A stretch of DNA of 38,482 bases from a virus (IMGVR_UViG_3300035307_000034:1-38482), one strand, 5' to 3'. Positions 27,550 to 36,311 are shown, numbered from the stretch's first letter. Made by a program: numbers and translations. The notes: a model not told the origin generated them from the sequence alone.

Positions 27550-27811
27550 TAGGGCGTTCGCGACAGCATGAAACATAGTTAGAAACAACGGCCTATGATA
27601 AGAAAGCATAAGAGGGATTAGAGAAAGGAGGCGTTAACTTGCTGTGGAGGCAAGCGGTCTTTAACATTGTTTATGATCTTGCTGCCTGATAAGGCTTTAA
27701 GACTTTTAGGGAAATCACTCTTTACTTTTGCGCCGAAAATTTTTGCTTAATCGCAATAATTGGTTCCGCAAAAGCATCGAAGAAAACTTCTAAAAGTCTT
27801 TGCCTTATTTG

Positions 27812-28206
27812 GTCACGAGACTTCCAAGAAAGGCGGCAAAACCGAAAGGTTGATGCAATGCCAAAATATTTGATTAGCGGATTGCCCGTACATTATCGCT
27901 ACGAAGGTAATTCGATTATTGAGCAGACTAGACTATCCATCGAAGTTAAGAAGGGCGTCGACGTCAAAAATTTAGCCGAATTACAAGCGGAATTTGACGC
28001 ACACTGCGCCGAACTGACCGGCAACGGTAAACAATGTTATCGAATGGACGCTACGCCATACGCAGGCGTTAGGGCGTTCGCTGGCTTTAAAAAGGCGTCA
28101 GCAAAGAACGGTCCATTGAATCGAGTCATCAATTCAGAGGAAGCAATCGCTAAGGCGAAAGCTACTGTTTGAACCTAACCGCCGCCTTTCTTGGAAGTTT
28201 CGTTAC
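27812..28206. repeat. 26-bp inverted repeat (24/26; 18-bp perfect core) flanking gene 27858..28172
   Basis: GTCACGAGACTTCCAAGAAAGGCGGC at 27812-27837 vs GCCGCCTTTCTTGGAAGTTTCGTTAC at 28181-28206. Confidence 0.85.
27858..28172 (+). CDS. Hypothetical early protein
   Basis: GAAAGG RBS. Confidence 0.65.
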   Translation: MPKYLISGLPVHYRYEGNSIIEQTRLSIEVKKGVDVKNLAELQAEFDAHCAELTGNGKQCYRMDATPYAGVRAFAGFKKASAKNGPLNRVINSEEAIAKAKATV

Positions 28207-28217
28207 TTTAATGGAGA

Positions 28218-28439
28218 TTGAAAATGCAAATTGACATTGACACATCATGCTTGGACGCTGGCGTAACGGTTTATCTTGAATCAGCTATGTATGATTTTGA
28301 AGGTGAATTGCTTCATGGTGAAACGCCTGAAGATATCGAAGATATAGATACAACGGGAATATTCTTTATCCTTTGCTCTGATACCAATGAAAAAATCAGA
28401 ATAAATGGATGGCTGTTTAGTTGTGAAGTTCTGAATTAA
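28218..28439 (+). CDS. Small acidic hypothetical protein
   Basis: GGAG RBS; D/E-rich. Confidence 0.6.
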   Translation: MKMQIDIDTSCLDAGVTVYLESAMYDFEGELLHGETPEDIEDIDTTGIFFILCSDTNEKIRINGWLFSCEVLN

Positions 28440-28523
28440 TCGGAATTTTCCTTTGTTTTGCGCCGAAAATTTCGGTTAACGCCTTTAATGACGAACGAAG
28501 TTAACGCTAATTTGGGGCTAACT

Positions 28524-28919
28524 ATGAAATATTTTGTGAGAGAAAACGCGACAGGAAAAGTCCGTTTTACTGCAAATATCGGCTGTGGTCCAAGTTCTGG
28601 ACGCGCAACTAAACTTCGCCAAGCGGTTGTTTGGGCTATCGGAAACAATCAATCACTTGAACATTGTGATTTATCTGGCGCTGATTTGGCTGGATTTGAT
28701 TTCTCCGGAAGGGTATTTTATAACTGCAATTTTACCGATGCTGATTTGACAGACACTAGTTTCCGCGCAAGTGATGTTCGCCGCTGTGACTTTATTCGCG
28801 CTGATTTAACAAATGCGTGTTTTCGTAATGCACTAGCAACAATGGCAAATTTTACCGATGCAATAACGACAAATATGCTTTTTGCTACACACAGAAACGA
28901 TGTTATTGGCTTAGTTTAA
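28524..28919 (+). CDS. Pentapeptide-repeat protein
   Basis: CDLSG ADLAG FDFSG...ADLTD TSFRA...ADLTN ACFRN. Confidence 0.85.
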   Translation: MKYFVRENATGKVRFTANIGCGPSSGRATKLRQAVVWAIGNNQSLEHCDLSGADLAGFDFSGRVFYNCNFTDADLTDTSFRASDVRRCDFIRADLTNACFRNALATMANFTDAITTNMLFATHRNDVIGLV

Positions 28920-28980
28920 CGATAATTCCTTGGGGCGCACACAACGCCCTTAGTGATTAACCACAACGAAAGGCTTGATT

Positions 28981-29478
28981 ATGTTCACAAAAGGTTTTGA
29001 CGCGCATGTGTGTGAAGGCGACTCTATCACTTGCGAAGTTGACGGATTCGAGATTCGCGCAACTATTACGCGCGACGATGACAGCACACGTCCAGATGCA
29101 CGCGATTGCGGATTTTGGCCGTCGAAGAATCCTTTGAGCAATGGTTATGTTGGGGAGAATCCTCCCGTTCCATTCGAGACACAGATGAAAAAGGCGCAAG
29201 CGGTAATGGATACTTGGCTTGCCGACAAATGGTTTTATTGCGGCGTTTGCGTCGTTGTATCGCGTAAAGGAATCGACTTAACCGACAGATACTCGAATTC
29301 GTGCTGGGGAGTCGAATGCAATTATCCTGATTCTGACAACAGTCATTTGATGGAAGTTGCTAACGATTTGTTGGGTGAGGCATTGGCGGAAGCGAAAGCA
29401 AAGTTAGCGGAATTGTGCAGCTTCTATAAATCGATAGATACTAAGATGAAAGACGCCATTACTTCGAAGAACAGTTGA
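28981..29478 (+). CDS. Hypothetical protein
   Basis: GAAAGG RBS after the hairpin repeat. Confidence 0.7.
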   Translation: MFTKGFDAHVCEGDSITCEVDGFEIRATITRDDDSTRPDARDCGFWPSKNPLSNGYVGENPPVPFETQMKKAQAVMDTWLADKWFYCGVCVVVSRKGIDLTDRYSNSCWGVECNYPDSDNSHLMEVANDLLGEALAEAKAKLAELCSFYKSIDTKMKDAITSKNS

Positions 29479-29547
29479 CATTAACCCTTGGGCTAGCTGG
29501 AAACTAGCTCAATAGTTAACGACAACTACTAACATAAGGGTAAAACT

Positions 29548-30069
29548 ATGGGCGCACCATTTTTAACCGCTAATGATGTTGTGATTATCGCCACAGATAG
29601 GGGCGGAATTGCCAGCGTAAACGGCTATGATCCAATTAAAGTTGTTGTGGAAGTCACAGCAATCATGTCAGAAAGTTGTTCACTGAGGGGCAGCAATTTA
29701 TCAGAACTCAAAGGAATGATTGCAAGGGAATTAAATCAGCAATTTGAGAATCGCGCGCCTCAGCGCGTAAGGCTTGTTTGTAACAACGAAGCATTGCGCG
29801 GGGATTGTGCGGGATGGAGTAATGAGCCAACTTGGCGATTGGCGCTAGCGTTTGCGAATCATAGGGGACTCGCAAGCGCAAAGGCCAATTTTATGGCCAA
29901 GCTTACTGAGTTGGGAATTGAGCTTACGCCTAACATCGTTAGAAATTTCGCCATTAAGACAACGGAGCAATTGGCGCAAAGTGATTTTGACGACATTATT
30001 TTTGATGATGTCGATTGGGGCGAACTAACGAAGCAATGGATGGATCAAGCTAAATTCGACGCAGGTTGA
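29548..30069 (+). CDS. Hypothetical protein
   Basis: AAGGG RBS after the hairpin repeat. Confidence 0.7.
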   Translation: MGAPFLTANDVVIIATDRGGIASVNGYDPIKVVVEVTAIMSESCSLRGSNLSELKGMIARELNQQFENRAPQRVRLVCNNEALRGDCAGWSNEPTWRLALAFANHRGLASAKANFMAKLTELGIELTPNIVRNFAIKTTEQLAQSDFDDIIFDDVDWGELTKQWMDQAKFDAG

Positions 30070-30130
30070 CGCTAATTCCTTGGGGCGACAACCCGCCCTA
30101 AGTGATTAACGACAACTGAAAGGCGCTATC

Positions 30131-30457
30131 ATGTATATCTCTGAATATGACGAACATTCATTTGAATTAGTTGCCAGTGTTCTGTGGCAAATTAACCCTT
30201 GCTTGCGGGAAAAATACGCGAGCAAGATTGAACTTATTGAATCTATGAAGTTTCAAACTGGTTGTCATCTGCATGAACCTGGATTCTGGGGAACGGGCGG
30301 TTATTACGTCACTGTTATTGATAGGGGTGAGCGTGGTTATTACGCCATGGCTTCACTTGGCGGATATGTTGTTAGTGAGTATCTGAAAGATCATAGCGAA
30401 GATGACTGGAATGTGCGCGTTGCCTCTAAAGATGAAAGCGCTCCGCGCATAGTTTAA
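30131..30457 (+). CDS. Hypothetical protein
   Basis: GAAAGG RBS after the hairpin repeat. Confidence 0.7.
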   Translation: MYISEYDEHSFELVASVLWQINPCLREKYASKIELIESMKFQTGCHLHEPGFWGTGGYYVTVIDRGERGYYAMASLGGYVVSEYLKDHSEDDWNVRVASKDESAPRIV

Positions 30458-30522
30458 CGCTAATGTTTGGGCTATCTTTCCTAGGATAGTCCAACGATTA
30501 ACGCTAAACACATGAGAAGGCC

Positions 30523-30837
30523 ATGACAAAACCAAAGGAAAGCACAGTAACGCGCCAACAACGGCTTTACATTGCGTTAGGAGTTGGCACGCATACCGCA
30601 AACATTATCTATCAAGGCAAGGAATCATCGGCAATCATTACGATAACTACAAAAAAAGATACACGCATATTGGTGTATCGCGACACATCCACAGTAGGGT
30701 TTGAATGCTTACTCGCTTTCACTATTATCGATAACAATATGGGTAAGGCGTCAACCATCTTCACAAAGCGGAATATTGCTGAATTTCAAAAGGCGATGGC
30801 AGAATTTCCGCCGCAGAAAACGATTAACCTTAACTAG
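30523..30837 (+). CDS. Hypothetical protein
   Basis: GAGAAGG RBS after the hairpin repeat. Confidence 0.6.
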   Translation: MTKPKESTVTRQQRLYIALGVGTHTANIIYQGKESSAIITITTKKDTRILVYRDTSTVGFECLLAFTIIDNNMGKASTIFTKRNIAEFQKAMAEFPPQKTINLN

Positions 30838-30849
30838 AAAGATTGCGAC

Positions 30850-31263
30850 ATGGCTTGGGACTGGTCTTACTCTGACGACGCGACTGCATACGCCGAAGAA
30901 CAGCTTGCGAAGTTTTCACGTGAAACACTGCTAGAAATAGCGGAGGAATGGAAAGCCAGAATAAACGAGTTGGCGGAAACTAAGCACAATGAAGACGAAT
31001 GGATGGCGGAGGAAGGTGAAGAAATTCCGCCATTTGTTGTGCCTTGTACTCTGGACTTTGCGGAAATAATCGAAGATTCAGAAGGGAAAATACAAGTTTT
31101 CACCGACTCCATGCTTGCTAGCTGGATATGGGAACAAGCGTCTAGCTGCGAGCATGGCCGTACGTGTTCTAATGGTGGCCATGAGTTGTATGTTTGCCCA
31201 CATGGTTGCCACACAGTCGATTTAGGCGATATGCCTGACGATTGGTCACCAGAAGAGTACTGA
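30850..31263 (+). CDS. Acidic hypothetical protein with C-terminal Cys/His cluster
   Basis: TCSNGGHELYVCPHGCHTV. Confidence 0.65.
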   Translation: MAWDWSYSDDATAYAEEQLAKFSRETLLEIAEEWKARINELAETKHNEDEWMAEEGEEIPPFVVPCTLDFAEIIEDSEGKIQVFTDSMLASWIWEQASSCEHGRTCSNGGHELYVCPHGCHTVDLGDMPDDWSPEEY

Positions 31264-31264
31264 T

Positions 31265-31366
31265 ATGACACGCGACCAAATACAGTTATGCATAACGCTC
31301 ATACTCGCACCCGTAGTGCTCGCTGAAATTATTATAGCAATAGCGCTATGTTTCGGCGCAATGTAG
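31265..31366 (+). CDS. Small hydrophobic protein (33 aa; not in ORF track)
   Basis: MTRDQIQLCITLILAPVVLAEIIIAIALCFGAM; ends exactly at the next hairpin repeat. Confidence 0.45.
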   Translation: MTRDQIQLCITLILAPVVLAEIIIAIALCFGAM

Positions 31367-31436
31367 TTGATAATTCCTTGGCCTTTCTTTGGAATGGCTA
31401 AGTGATGATTAACTATTCTTACGGAGAATTCCTAAA

Positions 31437-31682
31437 ATGCTTAGCAAAAAAGAGGAATCCATCTTGCGCCTCTATTGGGGGCGCGAACGCTTCTATCACG
31501 CAATTCGTGTCACAGCACAAGGCGAGGTACAAGCGAAACAACGCCATGATTCCCCTTGGGGAGTCCTTGGAACCGCAGAACAGGCTAAGCGTTCAGCGGC
31601 GGAGTTGATAAAACGTGAGTCTGAATATCTAAGATGGAAAAGCTTTGAAAAGATACCTGGAAGAAAGGTTAGGAAAAGATGA
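31437..31682 (+). CDS. Hypothetical protein
   Basis: GGAG RBS after the hairpin repeat. Confidence 0.6.
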   Translation: MLSKKEESILRLYWGRERFYHAIRVTAQGEVQAKQRHDSPWGVLGTAEQAKRSAAELIKRESEYLRWKSFEKIPGRKVRKR

Positions 31683-32140
31683 TAGCAAATATTAATCCTG
31701 ATACGGGAATTGCGTATGGTTATATTTCCGCCAATGCGCTGGACTCCGAACTGGTCACTGAGTTGATGAATTGCGGAAACAATCTAACGGCTAGTGAGGC
31801 TTATTCGGCGTGGGAAAAAGAGAAAATAGCGCATCTTCAGGTAAACAATCCTAAAATGAGCGATACAGAAGCCAAGGAAGAAACTGGATTGAGTTCTCAC
31901 GAGTTTTGGGAAACATACGAAGATTATGAACCAACTATTGAGGGCACCAAAGACGGTGTTAATTATCGTACATCATGGATTGGCGGAGCGCTTAACTTCT
32001 TTATATTTTCGTCGCCACATATAACCCAAAACGCTAGACTGGCAAGCCCTTGCGTTCCCAATGCGGGGATTCTTGACACATTAGACGGCGGAATAACGTC
32101 TTATAATGTTCCTGACGATTGGCGACGCGTCGAAGATTAA
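31679..32140 (+). CDS. Hypothetical protein
   Basis: NINPDTGIAYGYIS...SPCVPNAGIL pattern; ATGA coupling. Confidence 0.7.
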   Translation: MIANINPDTGIAYGYISANALDSELVTELMNCGNNLTASEAYSAWEKEKIAHLQVNNPKMSDTEAKEETGLSSHEFWETYEDYEPTIEGTKDGVNYRTSWIGGALNFFIFSSPHITQNARLASPCVPNAGILDTLDGGITSYNVPDDWRRVED

Positions 32141-32202
32141 TGCTAATTTCGTGGGGCGGAAACGCCTCACGTGGTTAGTGTTAACCAAAGAAGGGCAACG
32201 CA

Positions 32203-32574
32203 ATGGATATGGAAAAGCTTCGTATTTACTCTCACAGAGAATGTGGGATCATGCGTTTCGGGGATTTTGAAGCGCTTAAAAAGCTTCCAGAAGGGAAAGA
32301 GCTTTACGAAACGTATAGAATCGTGCTCGACGTTGCCGTAAGAGCTTGGCGCAATAATATTTCGTTCACATTTGGCCCAACAAACTGTGACGCGTCAATG
32401 GGAGACACGCGAACGGATCATTGCGTGTGGAAATGCTGGGGAACGACGTTAAGCTCTGACCGCAAGCGAAGTCATCCGATAAAAGGCATTGGCGCAACCC
32501 CAGAGCTAGCACAGATAAACATGTGTACGAACGCAACGAAAGTACAGAATAAGTTGGACGGCCACGAAGAATAG
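32203..32574 (+). CDS. Hypothetical protein
   Basis: GAAGGG RBS after the hairpin repeat. Confidence 0.6.
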   Translation: MDMEKLRIYSHRECGIMRFGDFEALKKLPEGKELYETYRIVLDVAVRAWRNNISFTFGPTNCDASMGDTRTDHCVWKCWGTTLSSDRKRSHPIKGIGATPELAQINMCTNATKVQNKLDGHEE

Positions 32575-32585
32575 GATTGCAAGCT

Positions 32586-32891
32586 ATGACATGCAAAATA
32601 AAGGAAGTTCTTGGTTTAGAGTTAAATATGTACCAAGTTAGCGCAGTAAGAATCGAGTATTCAAAAGATTCCTCGTTTTACTCGCTTATTCCCAATAAGC
32701 ATTTAGCGCTAGCTGTCACAAACAGCGTAAAAGTGGTGGATATCATGAAGGGAACGCCCACAAATTTAGCGGAAGGAAAGCGCGCCTGGACTCAATGTGG
32801 TTATCCACCTGACTCCGCAATAGAGGAAATGGTTTGGATTATTGTTGACTACGAATCGTTTAAAGAGCATTGGTTTATTCCGCAATACTGA
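32586..32891 (+). CDS. Hypothetical protein
   Basis: ORF ending at a hairpin repeat. Confidence 0.55.
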   Translation: MTCKIKEVLGLELNMYQVSAVRIEYSKDSSFYSLIPNKHLALAVTNSVKVVDIMKGTPTNLAEGKRAWTQCGYPPDSAIEEMVWIIVDYESFKEHWFIPQY

Positions 32892-32999
32892 CGCTAATTC
32901 CTAGGGCTGGCGACAGCCTTAGTGATTAACGCCAATGCGTTAAGTGTTAATTGCTTCACGTCGCATTCCGCTTCATAGTGCAACCCAAAGGGAAATACC

Positions 33000-34265
33000 A
33001 TGACCGCCATTAGACTCCCTGATTACAGCAACACAAACGTTTCTCATGCGCCAAAATTCGATGGCTCTCGCGTCACTGGCGCGTACGCCGTCGATGCTGA
33101 CAAAATGGGAAACGTCGACTTCACAATGACGAAACAATGGGCGACTCGCGCGCCAGATGAGCGTTTTAACAGTCTTGATGATTTGTACACAAAAGCGCTG
33201 TGTTACGAAGAAAATTCGCGCGAGAATCTTATCGACGTAAATAGCGTTGAAGTAACTCCATCAATGGACTTGCTGTTGCCTTATCTCACTGGCGGACAGA
33301 TAACGACTACGCCGACACACCTTGCTTTCCAACAGTTGTGCGCTTTGGCGAATCCGTCAATCCCTTGCGATTATGTGGTAAATTTAGCGCTTGTGGGGGC
33401 AACCGGCGAAGTGGCCACAGCATTACGCAACGGATTACGCAGAAGCGCTGCGAAGAAAATCTCAGCCTATACAATGCCTGAAAACGGCGTGAATATTCTT
33501 CGTTCGTGCATGTATAACGAAGATACGCGTTTAACGTTAGCGCAGATTATCCGCCAACTCCAACGCGCGGTCGGCAATCTAACGGGATTGGATGGGTCTG
33601 ATTGGAAGACTCCAGGGAAGCTTAACTGGTCAACGATTGAACATAATCCATTTGACATGGCAGGGCAACAAAGCCTGTTCATGTCGGACAGGGACATGAC
33701 GCTGTTTTTCTGCAAAGATGCTAATCCGCTTGAAGCTGGAAAAACGCGTCGTGGGTTGCCGGATGTTTATTTTCCTGGCGCGATTATCAGCGCTAGCGAA
33801 ACTCAGCAAATGGCGATTCATATCACATTGATGATGCTGCGCGGCGTATGTTGCAATCTGTCGCTAAGAGGCGTGGAAGGCAAGCGGTCGTTACAAATCA
33901 AGCACAAGGGCAATGCTACGCTACGTCTGGAGCGAGGTTTTGATGTTCTGGACTCGCCGCAAGATGGCGCGAAATTCGTTCGCCAGATTTTGAGTATAAA
34001 AGAGGAACGGATTCCTTTGCTCAGCTATCGCGACAGCCACGCTGACCAGGATGAAACGCGAGTGCAGTTCTTGCGAAAAATTGGTTTCACTATTAAAGCG
34101 TCTGAGGCTATCATGTCCGCGAGCATGAAGCACGAACAGCACCCATTGGAAACGATCTATGACGTTTACCAAGGCATAACGCAACACGCACAATCGCTGC
34201 CAAACTATTCCGATAGAAACGCCATGGAATATGCGGCAACTAAGTTGCTACCTAAGAACATTTAA
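33000..34265 (+). CDS. DUF932-like protein
   Basis: QWATRAPDERFNSL, PTHLAFQQLC, LFMSDRDMTLF, LRGVCCNL, QGITQHAQ...DR..ME..A.KLL, as in alphaproteobacterial plasmid/phage DUF932 proteins. Confidence 0.75.
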   Translation: MTAIRLPDYSNTNVSHAPKFDGSRVTGAYAVDADKMGNVDFTMTKQWATRAPDERFNSLDDLYTKALCYEENSRENLIDVNSVEVTPSMDLLLPYLTGGQITTTPTHLAFQQLCALANPSIPCDYVVNLALVGATGEVATALRNGLRRSAAKKISAYTMPENGVNILRSCMYNEDTRLTLAQIIRQLQRAVGNLTGLDGSDWKTPGKLNWSTIEHNPFDMAGQQSLFMSDRDMTLFFCKDANPLEAGKTRRGLPDVYFPGAIISASETQQMAIHITLMMLRGVCCNLSLRGVEGKRSLQIKHKGNATLRLERGFDVLDSPQDGAKFVRQILSIKEERIPLLSYRDSHADQDETRVQFLRKIGFTIKASEAIMSASMKHEQHPLETIYDVYQGITQHAQSLPNYSDRNAMEYAATKLLPKNI

Positions 34266-34343
34266 CGCTAATTTCTTGGGGTGGTTTGCGCCACCCTAAG
34301 TGGTTAACGCTAATTCTAAAAACCATACAGAAGGGAAATTACC

Positions 34344-35012
34344 ATGAAATTCGACGTAACAAATCGCTGGAGCGGGAGTATCATTTTTACTGCTGAGATT
34401 CAATGTGAGGAAGGCGCGAGTTACGGCGTCAGGCTTGGCTTCGCGGTCAAATGGGGCATCACTAACACCGCTAACCTGTGCAACGCTAACCTGTGCAACG
34501 CTGACCTGCGCGGCGCTGACCTGCGCGGCGCTGACCTGCGCGGCGCTGACCTGCGCGGCGCTGACCTGTGCGGCGCTAACCTGTGCGGCGCTGACCTGTG
34601 CGGCGCTGACCTGTGCGGCGCTGACCTGCGCGGCGCTGACCTGTGCAACGCTGACCTGTGCGGCGCTGACCTGCGCGGCGCTGACCTGCGCGGCGCTAAC
34701 CTGTGCGGCGCTGACCTGTGCGGCGCTAACCTGTGCAACGCTGACCTGTGCAACGCTGACCTGTGCAACGCTAAGAATGCCCCAGTTATCATCAACTATC
34801 TACCTTGGACGACATATGTATACAAAGATTATGCGATTATAGGATGTCAGGAGATTAGCCGCTATGGAATTGAAACATGGGGCAATGATGTTACTCGCGA
34901 ACAATACAAACAATATTTTCCGTTTAAGCAAGTCCTTATTGCCGTTTGGGAATACGCATTTCCAATAGGAAACTATTGTGGAGGAATGACCAGCGCAACA
35001 GAGCAAGATTGA
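34344..35012 (+). CDS. Pentapeptide-repeat protein (20 near-identical A[DN]L[RC][GN] repeats)
   Basis: Translation and 15-bp tandem DNA repeat. Confidence 0.9.
   Translation: MKFDVTNRWSGSIIFTAEIQCEEGASYGVRLGFAVKWGITNTANLCNANLCNADLRGADLRGADLRGADLRGADLCGANLCGADLCGADLCGADLRGADLCNADLCGADLRGADLRGANLCGADLCGANLCNADLCNADLCNAKNAPVIINYLPWTTYVYKDYAIIGCQEISRYGIETWGNDVTREQYKQYFPFKQVLIAVWEYAFPIGNYCGGMTSATEQD
34470..34769 (+). repeat. 15-bp tandem repeat x20, GCT(G/A)ACCTG(C/T)GC(GG/AA)C
   Basis: Read directly; 300 nt. Confidence 0.95.
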
Positions 35013-35064
35013 CGCAGCAAAATTTTACGGAACATCTGCAAAGCTCTAGAAAAAAGGCGCAGAC

Positions 35065-35730
35065 ATGCGGTTTAGCATATTCGGTAACTGGGGCCATTCT
35101 CCAATAGCAACTGTGGATATCGACAGAGGCGAACATAACTCATATTTCGATAACTTAGGGAATGCCGTCAAGTTAGCGATAGCAAAAGGGAAAAACCTAT
35201 GGGGTGCAAACCTGTGGGGCGCGAATTTACAAGATGCTGATTTATCTAATGCTAGTTTCTGTAGCGCATCTCTACGCTTTGCCGATTTTACTCGTGCGAA
35301 ACTATGGGGAGCGGATTTTCGCGGCACAGACCTAAGAGGCGCAAAAGGATTGCCGCCTGAAATGGTGCAACCTTTGCTCTTCTTGCGTGACCAGCCAGGG
35401 AAAATAAGGATGTACAAGCTAGTTACGGCAGACGGGCAAGGGCCATATCATCGGGGAATCCTATATGAAATAGGGAAAACCGTTAGCGTTAAGAGCGCAA
35501 ACACTAACGATTGGCAAGAATGCGCAGAGGGAATATCTGTCGGAACTTTAGATTGGTGCTTTAAGCACTGGAAAGAAGGATACCGAATACTAATAGTCGA
35601 GTTCGAGGCAAAAGACATTGCCGCGATCCCAACGGCGGCCGATGGAAAAATCCGGTTGTTTAGATGTACTGTCGTTGCAGAAAAAGAATTGAATTACGTA
35701 GCGCTCGGTCTGAAAAAACCAACGGAATAG
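35065..35730 (+). CDS. Pentapeptide-repeat protein with distinct C-terminal domain
   Basis: KNLWG ANLWG ANLQD ADLSN ASFCS...; C-domain YEIGKTV...CAEGI...DGKIR. Confidence 0.85.
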   Translation: MRFSIFGNWGHSPIATVDIDRGEHNSYFDNLGNAVKLAIAKGKNLWGANLWGANLQDADLSNASFCSASLRFADFTRAKLWGADFRGTDLRGAKGLPPEMVQPLLFLRDQPGKIRMYKLVTADGQGPYHRGILYEIGKTVSVKSANTNDWQECAEGISVGTLDWCFKHWKEGYRILIVEFEAKDIAAIPTAADGKIRLFRCTVVAEKELNYVALGLKKPTE

Positions 35731-35743
35731 TTTCACGTGAAAC
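35730..35743. promoter_or_regulatory. Perfect parS-core palindrome GTTTCACGTGAAAC
   Basis: Matches the bacterial parS consensus core; sits at a gene boundary. Confidence 0.6.
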
Positions 35744-35755
35744 GAGGGGAGAAAG

Positions 35756-36043
35756 ATGAACAAGAAAGTAAACATTTCGATAAACGACAAGGCCAAACTT
35801 TGCTATCTAAAACATGGCGAAGAATCGATAAGCGGAATAATCGGACGCTTGGTTATGTGGGGAATTTCCGCTGAGGAACTATTCCAAGCGCCGAAAGTTA
35901 TCATCGAGTTCCATGGCGAAGATGAAATTGTCGCCACGTACTACGCCTCCGAAAGTAAATTAGCAACGTTACGAGCTATTTACTTTAACGCCCAGCAAGA
36001 ATGGATATTTACCTATACCGGCAGGGTAGCAAATGACGAATAA
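35756..36043 (+). CDS. Hypothetical protein
   Basis: GGGGAG RBS. Confidence 0.6.
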   Translation: MNKKVNISINDKAKLCYLKHGEESISGIIGRLVMWGISAEELFQAPKVIIEFHGEDEIVATYYASESKLATLRAIYFNAQQEWIFTYTGRVANDE

Positions 36044-36311
36044 AGAGCCTTTACTAAGAAAACCCATAAAAGAAATGACAAGCGAGGAAAGGAAAGCGTA
36101 TCACCGCGAAAGACAAAAAGCTTACCGCCTACGTCAGTATGCAACTCCGGAAACGCGAGCGGCATACTTGGAAAGGCTGCGTCGCGCAACAGCTAAATGG
36201 CGAGAAAAGATATTGGCCGACCCTGAGAGGGCGGTGGACTTGAAGAATAAAGAAAAAGAACGGCAGCGGCGGTATAAAGAAAGGAAGAAAGAACGGAATG
36301 ATCGAACTTAA
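36033..36311 (+). CDS. Basic coiled-coil hypothetical protein
   Basis: R/K/E-rich ORF overlapping its neighbours. Confidence 0.55.
   Translation: MTNKEPLLRKPIKEMTSEERKAYHRERQKAYRLRQYATPETRAAYLERLRRATAKWREKILADPERAVDLKNKEKERQRRYKERKKERNDRT

Larger units (their letters stand above)
26412..28472 (+). repeat. ~34-bp dispersed motif GGGAAT(T/A)TCCCTTTCTTTTGGCGCCGAAAATTTT, five plus-strand copies
   Basis: 26412-26445, 26585-26618, 26922-26955, 27709-27744, 28442-28472; related minus-strand copies at 24775-24809, 23879-23910, 23082-23112. Confidence 0.8.
28916..34313 (+). repeat. Conserved ~50-nt intergenic stem-loop, 8 copies
   Basis: 28916-28966, 29475-29525, 30066-30115, 30454-30507, 31366-31414, 32137-32184, 32889-32935, 34262-34313; consensus TTRACGCTAATTCCTTGGGGCG-loop-CGCCCTAAGTGATTAACG..AA. 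Confidence 0.88.

Noticed and set aside
28916-34313. Intergenic hairpins as intrinsic terminators or a bona fide integron
   Set aside because: No U-tracts, the ends do not consistently match GTTRRRY, and there is no integrase in the window. Kept only as an unexplained repeat.
34470-34769. CRISPR array or alternative-frame ORFs (34405..34842 +, 34421..34795 -)
   Set aside because: Contiguous 15-bp coding repeats with no spacers; the other frames are open only because the unit has no stop codon.
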